From an uncultured Methylococcaceae bacterium (lineage in GTDB: Bacteria > Pseudomonadota > Gammaproteobacteria > Methylococcales > UBA1147), in the NCBI GenBank assembly GCA_964528035.1, contig CAZGQY010000026.1, positions 1 to 31,287 on the forward strand: a DNA stretch of 31,287 bases. The letters are read 5' to 3'. The position numbers and the translations under genes are program-made. Each line of letters begins with the position of its first letter. The stretch's first letter is position 1. The notes under the pieces were generated by a model that did no database searches, was not told the DNA's origin, and was given only the letters and a program-made list of their open reading frames with translations. Shown here piece after piece: positions 16,277 to 25,801 of the stretch.

Positions 16277-18346
16277 TCATGCCTCAGAAACTTGCTGATT
16301 CTGAGGCATTTGATCCGCTCGCAGGGCATCTTCATGTATCACATCACTGGCTTTCTCACTAATCATATAGACTGCACTAACGATAAACACCCCCGGAATT
16401 TTAGGAAAAACAGAGGCATCGACGATACGCAGATTTTTAACTCCATTTACTCTGAAACGACTATCGACCACTGCATTTTGCGGGTCGTTTGTTCCCATCC
16501 TACAACTACAGGAAGCATGGTGACCCCAGGCATTGTTTTTCACAAATTCTTCTATCTGGGTATCGGTCCGAACTTCTCTACCTGGCAGTTCTTCCTCGGC
16601 GATGTACTGTTCGCTCTTCGCATTTATTCTACGCACGAACTTTAGCGCTTCCACGACTGAACTCAAATCAGTTCCAGCAGGATCATTGCCTTCATCAAAA
16701 TAGTGGAAGTTAATCGCAGGAACCGCGCGAGGATTCGCCGATTTTAGGGTAACCTCTCCCGCTGTATTGTTGGTATGCGCCTTGAGAATGGCCCAGGTAA
16801 AATGTTTGTTATCCTGCGTAGCCTTTTCAGCATAACCGGGATAATAACCAGAAAAATTCCCCGGCATACCGAATACGAAAAGATCCGGCGGTTCGTCTTC
16901 AGCGACAGACGAGGCACGTTTCAGAAACGATATGACCGCTCCGTTTGTCGTATAGAGCCCTTCACCTTCCTGCCATTCGGTATACATTGGGTCAGGTACT
17001 TCCCCTGACGATGGCGAACGGAATGTGGCATCTTCGAGGAAAGTAAAATCATGCTTCATTCTGGAAACCACACACACTTCGTAGCGATCCTGTAGATTTT
17101 TACCGACCCACGGACTATCGACTATTAGCTCGATGCCATGTTTGCCTAATTCATTTCCTGGACCCACACCGGATAACATCAGTAGCTGAGGTGTATTGAA
17201 CACCCCACCACTTAATATCACTTCGCGCCTGGCACGAACCTGCTGCAAATCATTGTCTTCACTTTCCTCATTCAGCGACCCATTGTCAGTGATCTTGGAA
17301 CGATCCGCATTATACAACCCTTTGCCCTGCCGATACTCTACGCCAACCGCAACCTCCCCATCGAAAATTACGCGCGTCACCAAAGCGTGTAACTGTACAC
17401 GAAGTACACCTGCGCACTGCCGCTCAACCTGGCGAATATATTCGCGACTGCCGACGCGCCGTCCATTATGGGTTGTCATCGGTACAACAACCAAACCCTC
17501 ACGATCAGTATTTCGCCAATCGTTAGGATCGAGCAGCCAATGTTTATTTCGTAATTGCAGTAATCGGTCTATGTAATCGGTGACTGTTTTTATTTTCGGG
17601 TTCAAGACTTCTATCGCTGCCTTAAATACACCTTTCCTCAATTGCATATCAGATCTCAGCCTGTGCCGATACTTCCACATTTTCAGCAATTTTACTCCAG
17701 GGATATCGGTATGCAGCCAACCATTAAAACCGTGACGCGACAAATTTTGATCTGCAACGTGTGAATAGTCGCAATTTTCAAGCCGCTCAAAATAGGCTCT
17801 CATCTTATCGCTGCTCCAGGAATTATCCCCCGTTACTTTGGCAATATAATCCCAATCACTATTATTTGGAGTCACCATAATCATTGCGTTATGGGCGGTA
17901 CAACCACCCAGCGTACCTGATCGTGGGTAAAATATTCCGTCCTGGGCTTCACAGAACTTCTTATCCCGACGGGATTGCTTATCATCCCCATAATGGCGTA
18001 CAAAAAAATCCCATCTGAATTGAGGATCTTCAGAGGCTTTAGTGTGAAACAGCGGCACCGAATAATTATCACTCTGATCATCACCCCCTGCTTCCATCAG
18101 CAATACAGAATAGCCCCTGGTGGCCAGGTTCGCAGCCAGCGGCCCACCACCCGCACCCGAGCCCACAACAATATAGTCGTATTCTTCCGCAAGCCCGACA
18201 GCATCGCCGTCTGCATTTAATTTATTCTCCGGCTGACCACAGATAATGCGCGAACAACCACTCAATAGCGCCAGTGTCCCAACACCGGTTCTTATACAAA
18301 ATTTTGCAAATCCCCTGCGAGTAAAGCCCGTACTATTTATCCTCAT
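16277..18346 (-). CDS. Tat-exported GMC-family FAD oxidoreductase, choline/alcohol-dehydrogenase-like.
   Basis: The 689-aa product has a twin-arginine signal 'TRRGFAKF...LLSGCS' and an FAD-binding 'VVGSGAGGGPLAANLA...LLMEAGG'. The GMC C-terminal region includes 'HHASCSCRMG'. A strong RBS (AGGAGAA) precedes the ATG. Confidence 0.85.
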   Translation of the reverse strand: MRINSTGFTRRGFAKFCIRTGVGTLALLSGCSRIICGQPENKLNADGDAVGLAEEYDYIVVGSGAGGGPLAANLATRGYSVLLMEAGGDDQSDNYSVPLFHTKASEDPQFRWDFFVRHYGDDKQSRRDKKFCEAQDGIFYPRSGTLGGCTAHNAMIMVTPNNSDWDYIAKVTGDNSWSSDKMRAYFERLENCDYSHVADQNLSRHGFNGWLHTDIPGVKLLKMWKYRHRLRSDMQLRKGVFKAAIEVLNPKIKTVTDYIDRLLQLRNKHWLLDPNDWRNTDREGLVVVPMTTHNGRRVGSREYIRQVERQCAGVLRVQLHALVTRVIFDGEVAVGVEYRQGKGLYNADRSKITDNGSLNEESEDNDLQQVRARREVILSGGVFNTPQLLMLSGVGPGNELGKHGIELIVDSPWVGKNLQDRYEVCVVSRMKHDFTFLEDATFRSPSSGEVPDPMYTEWQEGEGLYTTNGAVISFLKRASSVAEDEPPDLFVFGMPGNFSGYYPGYAEKATQDNKHFTWAILKAHTNNTAGEVTLKSANPRAVPAINFHYFDEGNDPAGTDLSSVVEALKFVRRINAKSEQYIAEEELPGREVRTDTQIEEFVKNNAWGHHASCSCRMGTNDPQNAVVDSRFRVNGVKNLRIVDASVFPKIPGVFIVSAVYMISEKASDVIHEDALRADQMPQNQQVSEA

Positions 18347-18361
18347 TTATTGTTCTCCTTT

Positions 18362-18510
18362 CGTAACTGCTCACCCCTCTATGGGTGATCTGTTCCGGAA
18401 GACGCCGTAAATACATCCTTGTAGGCTTGGATGCGGCTTCCCTGCCGCATACACTTCCTCCACAGATCACCCATAGAGGGCTGTTTCGATTAGGGGGCAA
18501 GTTGTTACCT
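18362..18510. mobile_element. MITE-like small repeat element, copy 1 (about 149 bp). It has internal 19-bp inverted repeats and a nested 7-bp hairpin, and is flanked by CTCCTTT(T)C direct repeats.
   Basis: It is about 94% identical to 26486-26632. The inverted repeat 'cccctctatgggtgatctgt' (18374-18393) pairs with 'acagatcacccatagaggg' (18462-18480). The inner hairpin is atgcggc-ttccct-gccgcat. The flanks 'ctccttttc|' and '|ctcctttc' look like a target-site duplication. Confidence 0.7.
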
Positions 18511-18711
18511 CCTTTCTTTGTATAAACAGGTCTGCCACACACCTTCACCCACTCAATGAATGATATCAAGAAAGTACAGGAATAAATATTCCGTCTTCTC
18601 CTCCTCTAAACAGAGCTCCATAAAAAGGATTTGTATATGTTAAAATTCCGCCGATATTTAGTTATTTTATAGATCAGTTTCCCCTTTACTCATAGACCAA
18701 CAGTTAGTCCT

Positions 18712-21546
18712 ATGCACGCCGCACCCGAGCCATCACCACAGACCACTGCAAAACAATTGATCGAGTCTATACGTGGTGTCGCTTTAGAGCTTAAATTGCG
18801 CCCAGAACAAATCGAATCTATAGATCTGGATACCACACTGGATACCGAGCTCGGGCTGGACAGCCTGACTCGCGCGGAATTTATCAGTCGAATTGGGCAA
18901 AAATTCGAACTGACATTTCCTCAGCAGGTATTTACAACAGTTTCCACTCCGAGAGAATTACTGAGAGAGGTATTGGCGGCACAATCAATCGATCACAACG
19001 CACCAATAGCCAAAGTTGACAGCCTGGTACTCGATAAAGTTGATCCATCTCCCGCCACCGCCCAAACCCTGCTTGATATCCTCGACTGGCACGTGCAGAC
19101 CCACCCTGAACGCCCACATATTCAAATCTACGAAGCAGGTGAAAGCACTGCAACCATTAGCTACCAACAACTAAAGCGGGAAGCGACCCGGATCGCTGCC
19201 GGATTGCAGGCTAAAGGCCTAAACCCCAAACAGGCGGTCGCAATAATGCTGCCAACCTGTAAAGAATATTTCTACACCTTTTTTGGCATTTTAATCGCTG
19301 GCGGCATCCCCGTTCCGATTTACCCTCCTGCCCGGCTTAATCAGGTCGAAGATCACTTACTACGTCATAAAAACGTTCTATCCAACTGTAGCGCTGTAAT
19401 GCTAATCACGGTCGATGAAGCAATACACGTCGCACGCCTGGTAAAACCCCATGTTCGAAGCCTGCATAGCATCGTTACACCTGAAGAAATTTGCGCCGAT
19501 CCTGCATCTGTTTTATATCCCAATATTTCATCAGCCGATATCGCCTTCCTGCAATATACATCCGGGAGCACCGGGACTCCGAAAGGCGTCACTCTAACTC
19601 ACGCCAACCTGCTAGCCAATATAAGATCCATGGGGCAAAAACTGCAGATCGAATCCACAGATACTTTCGTAAGCTGGCTGCCTTTGTATCATGACATGGG
19701 CTTGATCGGCGCCTGGTTTGGCAATTTTTACTATTCGGCCTTGTTGGTAATCATGTCACCATTGGATTTTCTGGCAAAGCCGGATCGTTGGCTCAACATC
19801 ATCCATCAGACTAAAGCAACTTTGTCAGCAGCACCTAATTTTGCTTACGAACTGAGTATAAAGCGAAGCAGCGAAGACCAGATAAAAAACCTTGATCTGA
19901 GCAATGTTAGAGCATTGTTCAACGGCGCTGAACCTGTTAGCCCGAATACGATGGAAAAATTTGCCGATCACTTCGCCCCAACAGGTTTACGACGATCAGC
20001 CTTATATGCGGTTTATGGACTCGCCGAATGCTCCTTAGGCTTAACCTTTCCACCCTTGGCAAGAGGCCCGCTGTTTGATGTCATTAACCGGGATACCTTC
20101 ATGGAAACCGGATTCGCAAAACCGGAGGTTCAAAAATCAAACTCGCTGCGTTTTGTTTCCTGTGGAACCCCTATCCCCAACCACGAACTGCGCATTCTGG
20201 ATGACTCAGGCCGTGAATTACCCGACCGCCGCCAGGGTCGCCTGCAGTTCCGCGGGCCCTCAACAACCAGCGGTTACTACCGCAACCCTGAAAAAACACG
20301 CGAATTATTTCACGGCGAATGGTTAAATTCTGGCGACCTTGCCTATGTTGCCGATGGTGAAGTATATCTGACTGGTCGCGTAAAAGACTTAATTATCCGC
20401 GCTGGCCGAAATATATATCCACAGGAAATCGAAGAAGCTGTCAGTAATATCTCAGGGATTCGAAAAGGCTGCGTCGCGGTGTTCGGTAGCAGTCATTCAG
20501 AATCCGGTACCGAAAAACTCATTGTGCTTGCAGAAACCCGCATTACCGATAGCGAAGAAAAGAATCGCTTAGGGTTACAGATCAACCAGGTCGCAACAAA
20601 ACTGATTGGAGGTGCGCCGGATGAAGTCTTATTGGTACGCCCCCATACAGTATTAAAAACTTCCAGTGGAAAAATCAGGCGTAGCGGATGTCGCGATCTG
20701 TTTGAAAAAAACCTGCTTGAGAAAGGCCCTGCATCACCCTGGATACAATTCTCCCGATTACTTATTACCGCAGGCCTGTCTCAAATAAATAGAATCAGAG
20801 ACATCGCTTTCGACTCAGCCTATGCGATCTATTCATGGATAATCTTTAGCTTCATTACCATCATATCCTGGCCTGTCGTAGTATGCTGCCCGAGCCTTCT
20901 ATGGCGATTGAAATTTATTCGCGCGGCGATTAGAACCCTTGCACGATTAACTGGAACAAAAATTACCCTCCAGGGAACCGAAAATTTACCCTCAACAAAC
21001 ACAACCAACATTTTTGTCAGTAACCACTGCAGTTATCTTGACGCTGCTGTACTCTTCCTAGCATTGCCATTACCCTTTAGTTTCGTAGCAAAAAACGATC
21101 TGTTAAAACAATTTTTTGCAACAACCTTCCTACGTCGAATAGGTACCGAATTCGTCGCAAGATACCAGCAACAGCAAGGCATCACCGATTCAGAAAATGT
21201 GACTGCTGCCGTCAATAATGGAAAATCAATCCTGGTGTTTCCTGAAGGCACATTCACTCGTATGCCAGGATTACTACCCTTTTACATGGGTGCTTTCAAA
21301 ACAGCAGCGGAAACCGACACGCCGATCATACCCGTAATAATCCACGGTACACGTTCAATTTTAAGATCGGACACATGGTTTCCTCGTAAAGGTGCTGTAA
21401 CAATCAGCATTTTACCCAAAGTAGAATCACTTGATCGCAGCAATTCCAGAGAAGTTTCAAGCAATTGGGAGCATGCCCAGGATCTGAAAGACACCACGCG
21501 AAAATTAATGCTGAAACACCTGAGAGAACCTGACCTTTGTGAATAA
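18712..21546 (+). CDS. Tri-domain fusion of an acyl-carrier-protein domain, a fatty-acyl-AMP ligase (AMP-binding) domain and a lysophospholipid acyltransferase (PlsC/LPLAT) domain, with a TM segment between the last two.
   Basis: The 944-aa product has an N-terminal ACP motif 'LGLDSLTRAEF'. Adenylation motifs are 'YTSGSTGTPKGV', 'GRVKDLIIRAGRNIYPQEIE' and 'KTSSGKIRR'. A hydrophobic stretch 'YSWIIFSFITIISWPVVV' follows. The acyltransferase motifs are 'NHCSYLD' (HX4D) and 'FPEGTFT'. Confidence 0.8.
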   Translation: MHAAPEPSPQTTAKQLIESIRGVALELKLRPEQIESIDLDTTLDTELGLDSLTRAEFISRIGQKFELTFPQQVFTTVSTPRELLREVLAAQSIDHNAPIAKVDSLVLDKVDPSPATAQTLLDILDWHVQTHPERPHIQIYEAGESTATISYQQLKREATRIAAGLQAKGLNPKQAVAIMLPTCKEYFYTFFGILIAGGIPVPIYPPARLNQVEDHLLRHKNVLSNCSAVMLITVDEAIHVARLVKPHVRSLHSIVTPEEICADPASVLYPNISSADIAFLQYTSGSTGTPKGVTLTHANLLANIRSMGQKLQIESTDTFVSWLPLYHDMGLIGAWFGNFYYSALLVIMSPLDFLAKPDRWLNIIHQTKATLSAAPNFAYELSIKRSSEDQIKNLDLSNVRALFNGAEPVSPNTMEKFADHFAPTGLRRSALYAVYGLAECSLGLTFPPLARGPLFDVINRDTFMETGFAKPEVQKSNSLRFVSCGTPIPNHELRILDDSGRELPDRRQGRLQFRGPSTTSGYYRNPEKTRELFHGEWLNSGDLAYVADGEVYLTGRVKDLIIRAGRNIYPQEIEEAVSNISGIRKGCVAVFGSSHSESGTEKLIVLAETRITDSEEKNRLGLQINQVATKLIGGAPDEVLLVRPHTVLKTSSGKIRRSGCRDLFEKNLLEKGPASPWIQFSRLLITAGLSQINRIRDIAFDSAYAIYSWIIFSFITIISWPVVVCCPSLLWRLKFIRAAIRTLARLTGTKITLQGTENLPSTNTTNIFVSNHCSYLDAAVLFLALPLPFSFVAKNDLLKQFFATTFLRRIGTEFVARYQQQQGITDSENVTAAVNNGKSILVFPEGTFTRMPGLLPFYMGAFKTAAETDTPIIPVIIHGTRSILRSDTWFPRKGAVTISILPKVESLDRSNSREVSSNWEHAQDLKDTTRKLMLKHLREPDLCE

Positions 21547-21835
21547 TAAGAGTACTATGTAATGAGAACCCTTATGCGCAATCTACAAGCTGTCGTTCAG
21601 GCGCGACAGGACAGCGCATTGCTAATCGCCGTTTTGTTGAGGATCAGCTAATTTTCGTCGCTCACTCCCGACAAAGACGCCCGGATATTATTCATCAACA
21701 ATCAAGACAAACTTATCAAGCAGTTTGTTATTTAAAGAAATAGAAAAAGCGGCTCGTTTTTTGCATTTTCGCCTGGATTGATAACTCGAAAAACAAAACG
21801 CTCCCTGTCGTTAAAAATAATAAGGACAATCCATA

Positions 21836-24481
21836 ATGTGGAAAAAATTTTTTCGCCTGCTGATACTTTTACTCGTTATCGCCGCCAATTACGCAGTGTG
21901 GACGCAGTTAAACAAACCACGTCATGCGCCAACCTGGGAAAACACCATGATGGGGGTATCTTTTAATCCTCATAGACGCGACCAGGATCCGGAAAAAGGT
22001 CAATACCCGACAGAACAACAAATTGAAGACGATTTACGCCTGTTATCCGGAAAAACCCATGCGGTGCGTATCTACAGTGTTACTCATGGACTGGAGATGG
22101 TACCCGAGCTGGCTGCTCAACACGATATAAACGTGACTGCGGGTGCATGGATCGCCAGAGATGAAACCGCCAACGAAATCGAAATCGAAAACCTGATAGC
22201 GCTGAGTAAAAAACATAACAACATCGTACGCACTATTGTCGGCAACGAAGCAATATTGCGCAAAGACGTTTCAGTCGAACAGATGATCGCTTATCTCAAG
22301 CAAGTCAAAAGCCGCGTTTGGCGACCTGTCAGTACATCAGAACCCTGGCACACATGGATTGAACACCCAGAACTCGCTAAAGAAGTTGATTATATTGCGG
22401 CTCATATTCTGCCCTATTGGGAAGGCATTCCCATTGACCAGGCAGTGGACTATGCCTTCGAACGCTACAATCTGCTTCGTGAAGCCTTTCCGGACAAGCC
22501 CATCGTCATTACCGAGGCAGGTTGGCCTTCTGGTGGGCAACCCTTTAAGCAATCTGAACCGTCGTTGATCAATCAGGCTCAGTTTTTAAGAAATTTTCTT
22601 AATCGCACCCAGCAGGAAAACATCACTTATTACATTGTAGAAGCATTTGACCAACCCTGGAAAATGTCTATGGAAGGCTCGTCGGGCGCATATTGGGGCC
22701 TGTTTGATATCAACAGGAAAGCAAAGTTTCCGATGCGGGACGATGTTTTAGCACTACCAAACTGGAAAGACTGGGCAATAGTTGCCGGCATAGTGGGTGC
22801 GCTACTCATGGCTCTCTTCCTGATCAAGAAGCACCGTTTGCGCCCTCAGGGCAAACTTTTATTCGCCATAGTGGCCAATATCGCTGCCTCCGCTGTCGCA
22901 TGGACAGCCTCGGTGGGAATCCTTCAATATCACACAACCTTAAGCAGTGTAATGTGGGGAGTTCTGCTATTGATGCAAGCATTAGCAATTGTGGTGCTTC
23001 TTGTCGAAACCCTTGAAATTTGCGAAGTTTTATGGCACAGAAAAGGAAAACGCACATTCACCGCACTCAGCCCTCCCGATAATTTCGATTTCCCTAAGGT
23101 TTCATTACACCTACCCATACATAATGAGCCCCCGGAAATGGTTAAGGAAACTTTGTCAGCGCTTGCTCAACTGGACTATCCAAACTTCGAAGTACTGGTA
23201 TTGGACAATAACACAACTGACGATAACATCTGGAAACCCGTTGAAGAATTCTGCACCACCCTGGGTAATAAATTTCGTTTTTTTCATCTGGAAAACTGGC
23301 CGGGATTTAAAGCCGGTGCTCTAAACTACGGACTCACCCAGACTGCTGATGATGCAGAAGTGATTGCAGTCATCGACAGTGACTACATTGTCAGTCCAAA
23401 CTGGCTAAAACAATTGGTACCCTATTTTGAGGATTCTGGCGTAGGTTTTGTACAAGCCCCCCAGGATTACAGGGATAGCAAGGAAAACCTGTTCAAATCA
23501 TTTTGTCATTGGGAATACGCCGGTTTCTTTAAACTGGGCATGGTGCAGCGCAATGAATTCAACGCGATCATACAGCATGGAACCATGACTATGATCAGAA
23601 AAACAGCACTGGAAAAAGTAGGTAAGTGGGGCGAATGGTGCATTTGTGAAGATAGCGAACTCGGCATACGCCTGTATCGACACGGGTATGACTCGGTCTA
23701 TGTTAAAGATTCGTTTGGCCAGGGCGTCACACCCGACAATTTAGCCAGCTACCGGACTCAAAGATTTCGTTGGGTCTACGGTGCGGTGCAAATTATGAAG
23801 GGTCATTGGCGCGCATTTCTACCCGGCAAAAAATCCGGATTAACACCGGCTCAACGATATTATTTCATCGCCGGGTGGGTTCCGTGGTTTTCTGATGCAC
23901 TGGCGTTATTGTTCACCCTTGGCAGCCTTGCGCTTTCGGCGCATATTCTCACTGAACCCTCGCGCGGAGAACTACCGGTCATGGCCTTCGTGCTACCAAC
24001 GATTGGTTTATTCTGTTTTAAGATTTTACGTTCATTCCTGCTGTACCAGGCACGCGTAAAATGCACTCTTGGACAAACTCTGGCTGCGATGATCGCGGGA
24101 CTTGCACTTACACATACCGTGGCAAAAGGCGTATGGATTGGATTGTTTACGTCCGGACGTCCTTTTCTACGCACCCCTAAATGCGAAAAAACCAGCCCTA
24201 TCCTTGCTGGAATCCTAACCATCAGACAGGAAATTATTTTATTGATTCTGCTGGTCGCAGCCGCATATTCGATCGGCTCTTTAGAATATTTCAATAATAC
24301 CACCGGTAAAATATGGACCACAGTTCTACTGGTTCAGGCCATTCCTTATGGTGCAACAGTACTGACATTATTCGTGAATATTGCAGGCAGTTTAGATACA
24401 CAGTCTGTAATGGAACCACAAGCGGATTCTGGAGAAAAAACCATCAAATCCGCAGAAAATCTTGAAAAAATTGTACGTTAA
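21836..24481 (+). CDS. Bifunctional GH17 beta-1,3-glucanosyltransferase / GT2 processive beta-glucan synthase, NdvB-like.
   Basis: The 881-aa product has an N-terminal signal anchor and a GH17-like region ('IVGNEAILR', 'ITEAGWPSGG'). Several TM helices follow. A GT2 domain carries 'VLVLDNNTTDD', 'VIDSDY', 'QAPQDY' and the processive-synthase motif 'QRFRWVYG'. Further TM helices lie at the C-terminus. Confidence 0.8.
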   Translation: MWKKFFRLLILLLVIAANYAVWTQLNKPRHAPTWENTMMGVSFNPHRRDQDPEKGQYPTEQQIEDDLRLLSGKTHAVRIYSVTHGLEMVPELAAQHDINVTAGAWIARDETANEIEIENLIALSKKHNNIVRTIVGNEAILRKDVSVEQMIAYLKQVKSRVWRPVSTSEPWHTWIEHPELAKEVDYIAAHILPYWEGIPIDQAVDYAFERYNLLREAFPDKPIVITEAGWPSGGQPFKQSEPSLINQAQFLRNFLNRTQQENITYYIVEAFDQPWKMSMEGSSGAYWGLFDINRKAKFPMRDDVLALPNWKDWAIVAGIVGALLMALFLIKKHRLRPQGKLLFAIVANIAASAVAWTASVGILQYHTTLSSVMWGVLLLMQALAIVVLLVETLEICEVLWHRKGKRTFTALSPPDNFDFPKVSLHLPIHNEPPEMVKETLSALAQLDYPNFEVLVLDNNTTDDNIWKPVEEFCTTLGNKFRFFHLENWPGFKAGALNYGLTQTADDAEVIAVIDSDYIVSPNWLKQLVPYFEDSGVGFVQAPQDYRDSKENLFKSFCHWEYAGFFKLGMVQRNEFNAIIQHGTMTMIRKTALEKVGKWGEWCICEDSELGIRLYRHGYDSVYVKDSFGQGVTPDNLASYRTQRFRWVYGAVQIMKGHWRAFLPGKKSGLTPAQRYYFIAGWVPWFSDALALLFTLGSLALSAHILTEPSRGELPVMAFVLPTIGLFCFKILRSFLLYQARVKCTLGQTLAAMIAGLALTHTVAKGVWIGLFTSGRPFLRTPKCEKTSPILAGILTIRQEIILLILLVAAAYSIGSLEYFNNTTGKIWTTVLLVQAIPYGATVLTLFVNIAGSLDTQSVMEPQADSGEKTIKSAENLEKIVR

Positions 24482-24524
24482 GTCTGACTAATTTCGACGC
24501 AAGTGAATAATCACCCGATAATGC

Positions 24525-25724
24525 TTGCATTGTGAAATGAAAGCATTGACTGATTCAACGTTTGCCTATCCAAGCTCCGTTTCGAGCCGGGATTTACGCA
24601 TAGATTTTCTTCGTGGCATGGTCATGATGGTCGTAATCACCGTTCACCTTGAATTTTTTTCTTTGTTCGGGATGTTGGTCTGGGAGCGAATCGGACTGGT
24701 TTCAAGCGCCGAAGGATTCGTCGCTCTTTCAGGCCTGGTACTAGGTATCGTCTATCAGAAAAAGCTGCTTAAAGATGGATTTTGGCCCACCGCCAAAAAA
24801 TTATTAAAACGAGCATTTCTTTTGTATCGGGTAAATATTTTCGTCATACTCAGCATACCCATACTGGGTTTACTACCGTTCATAAACATTTACGAATTAA
24901 GCCATTGGTCTTTAGCAGGCAGTCCGGGCCCGGTCTACCCCTTATACCCACCAGTCTCTACAGGTTGGATCAAATTAGTCTCACAAGCACTGCTACTAAA
25001 AATAGGGCCGCACCAATTTCAGGTTATAGGGCTGTATGTTTTATTTCTTTGCTGCGCACCCTTAGCACTGTATCTAATGCACAAAAAACAAACAGCCGTT
25101 CTGCTGGCATTCAGTTGGGCTCTGTATGTCATCAACCAGATTTTTCATATACAGCTAACAAACGCCAAGTTCGACCTTGCTTTTCCTATACTGAACTGGC
25201 AACTACTATTTATAAATGGCATGGCACTGGGATTTCACCGCGAAAATATCACCCAGATCTACAAGCGAATTAATATATCCATCTTAAATATTGTCATCGG
25301 TTTTGTATGCCTGGCTTTTTTATTTCTGGCTCAGAATATGCCTCACCCAATTTTCTGGCCCTGGCCCAGCCTATCGTATATCGATCCGGAAGATTTTCGC
25401 ACACTCTACAATTATGGTTTTCAAAAAGGAGGTCTGGGATTCGGGCGGATCCTAAACAACATGGCCTTATATATTGCTGCTTATACTCTTTTGAGCCGCT
25501 ATTGGATCATTTTTGAAAAGTCACTGGGGTGGTTATTTATTCCTATCGGACAAGCTTCTTTATACGTATTCATTGTCCATGTGTATTTTGTTCTTCTGGT
25601 CGCCAATACACCACTTGCCGTGTACAACAACTTCTACCTCAACAGTTTGGTTCATGCAATAACAGTACTAGTCATCTGGCTTATGGTAAAGCGGAAGTTT
25701 TTATTTAATTTGATACCTCGTTGA
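24525..25724 (+). CDS. OpgC/acyltransferase-3 superfamily polytopic membrane protein, a putative glucan O-acyl (succinyl) transferase.
   Basis: The 399-aa product has 10 or more predicted TM helices. The N-terminal 'RDLRIDFLRGMVMMVVITVHL' matches the R-x-D-x-x-R-G...H signature of acyltransferase-3/OpgC proteins. The gene starts 44 bp after the glucan synthase gene. Confidence 0.6.
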   Translation: MHCEMKALTDSTFAYPSSVSSRDLRIDFLRGMVMMVVITVHLEFFSLFGMLVWERIGLVSSAEGFVALSGLVLGIVYQKKLLKDGFWPTAKKLLKRAFLLYRVNIFVILSIPILGLLPFINIYELSHWSLAGSPGPVYPLYPPVSTGWIKLVSQALLLKIGPHQFQVIGLYVLFLCCAPLALYLMHKKQTAVLLAFSWALYVINQIFHIQLTNAKFDLAFPILNWQLLFINGMALGFHRENITQIYKRINISILNIVIGFVCLAFLFLAQNMPHPIFWPWPSLSYIDPEDFRTLYNYGFQKGGLGFGRILNNMALYIAAYTLLSRYWIIFEKSLGWLFIPIGQASLYVFIVHVYFVLLVANTPLAVYNNFYLNSLVHAITVLVIWLMVKRKFLFNLIPR

Positions 25725-25801
25725 AAGCGGCTGATTTCATGTGCTTTGAATATCAGCTTTCACTGGAATATGCAGATAATCAGAAAAAATATATCTGTGC
25801 C

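Noticed and set aside
16279-16309. The 11-bp perfect inverted repeat as a terminator of the GMC gene.
   Set aside because: It overlaps the last codons of the gene and is not followed by a T-tract on the transcribed strand. It is recorded only as a note under the GMC/cytochrome finding.
15947-16645. The 232-aa plus-strand ORF.
   Set aside because: It is antisense to the 3' end of the well-supported GMC oxidoreductase gene and has unusual composition. It is a shadow ORF.
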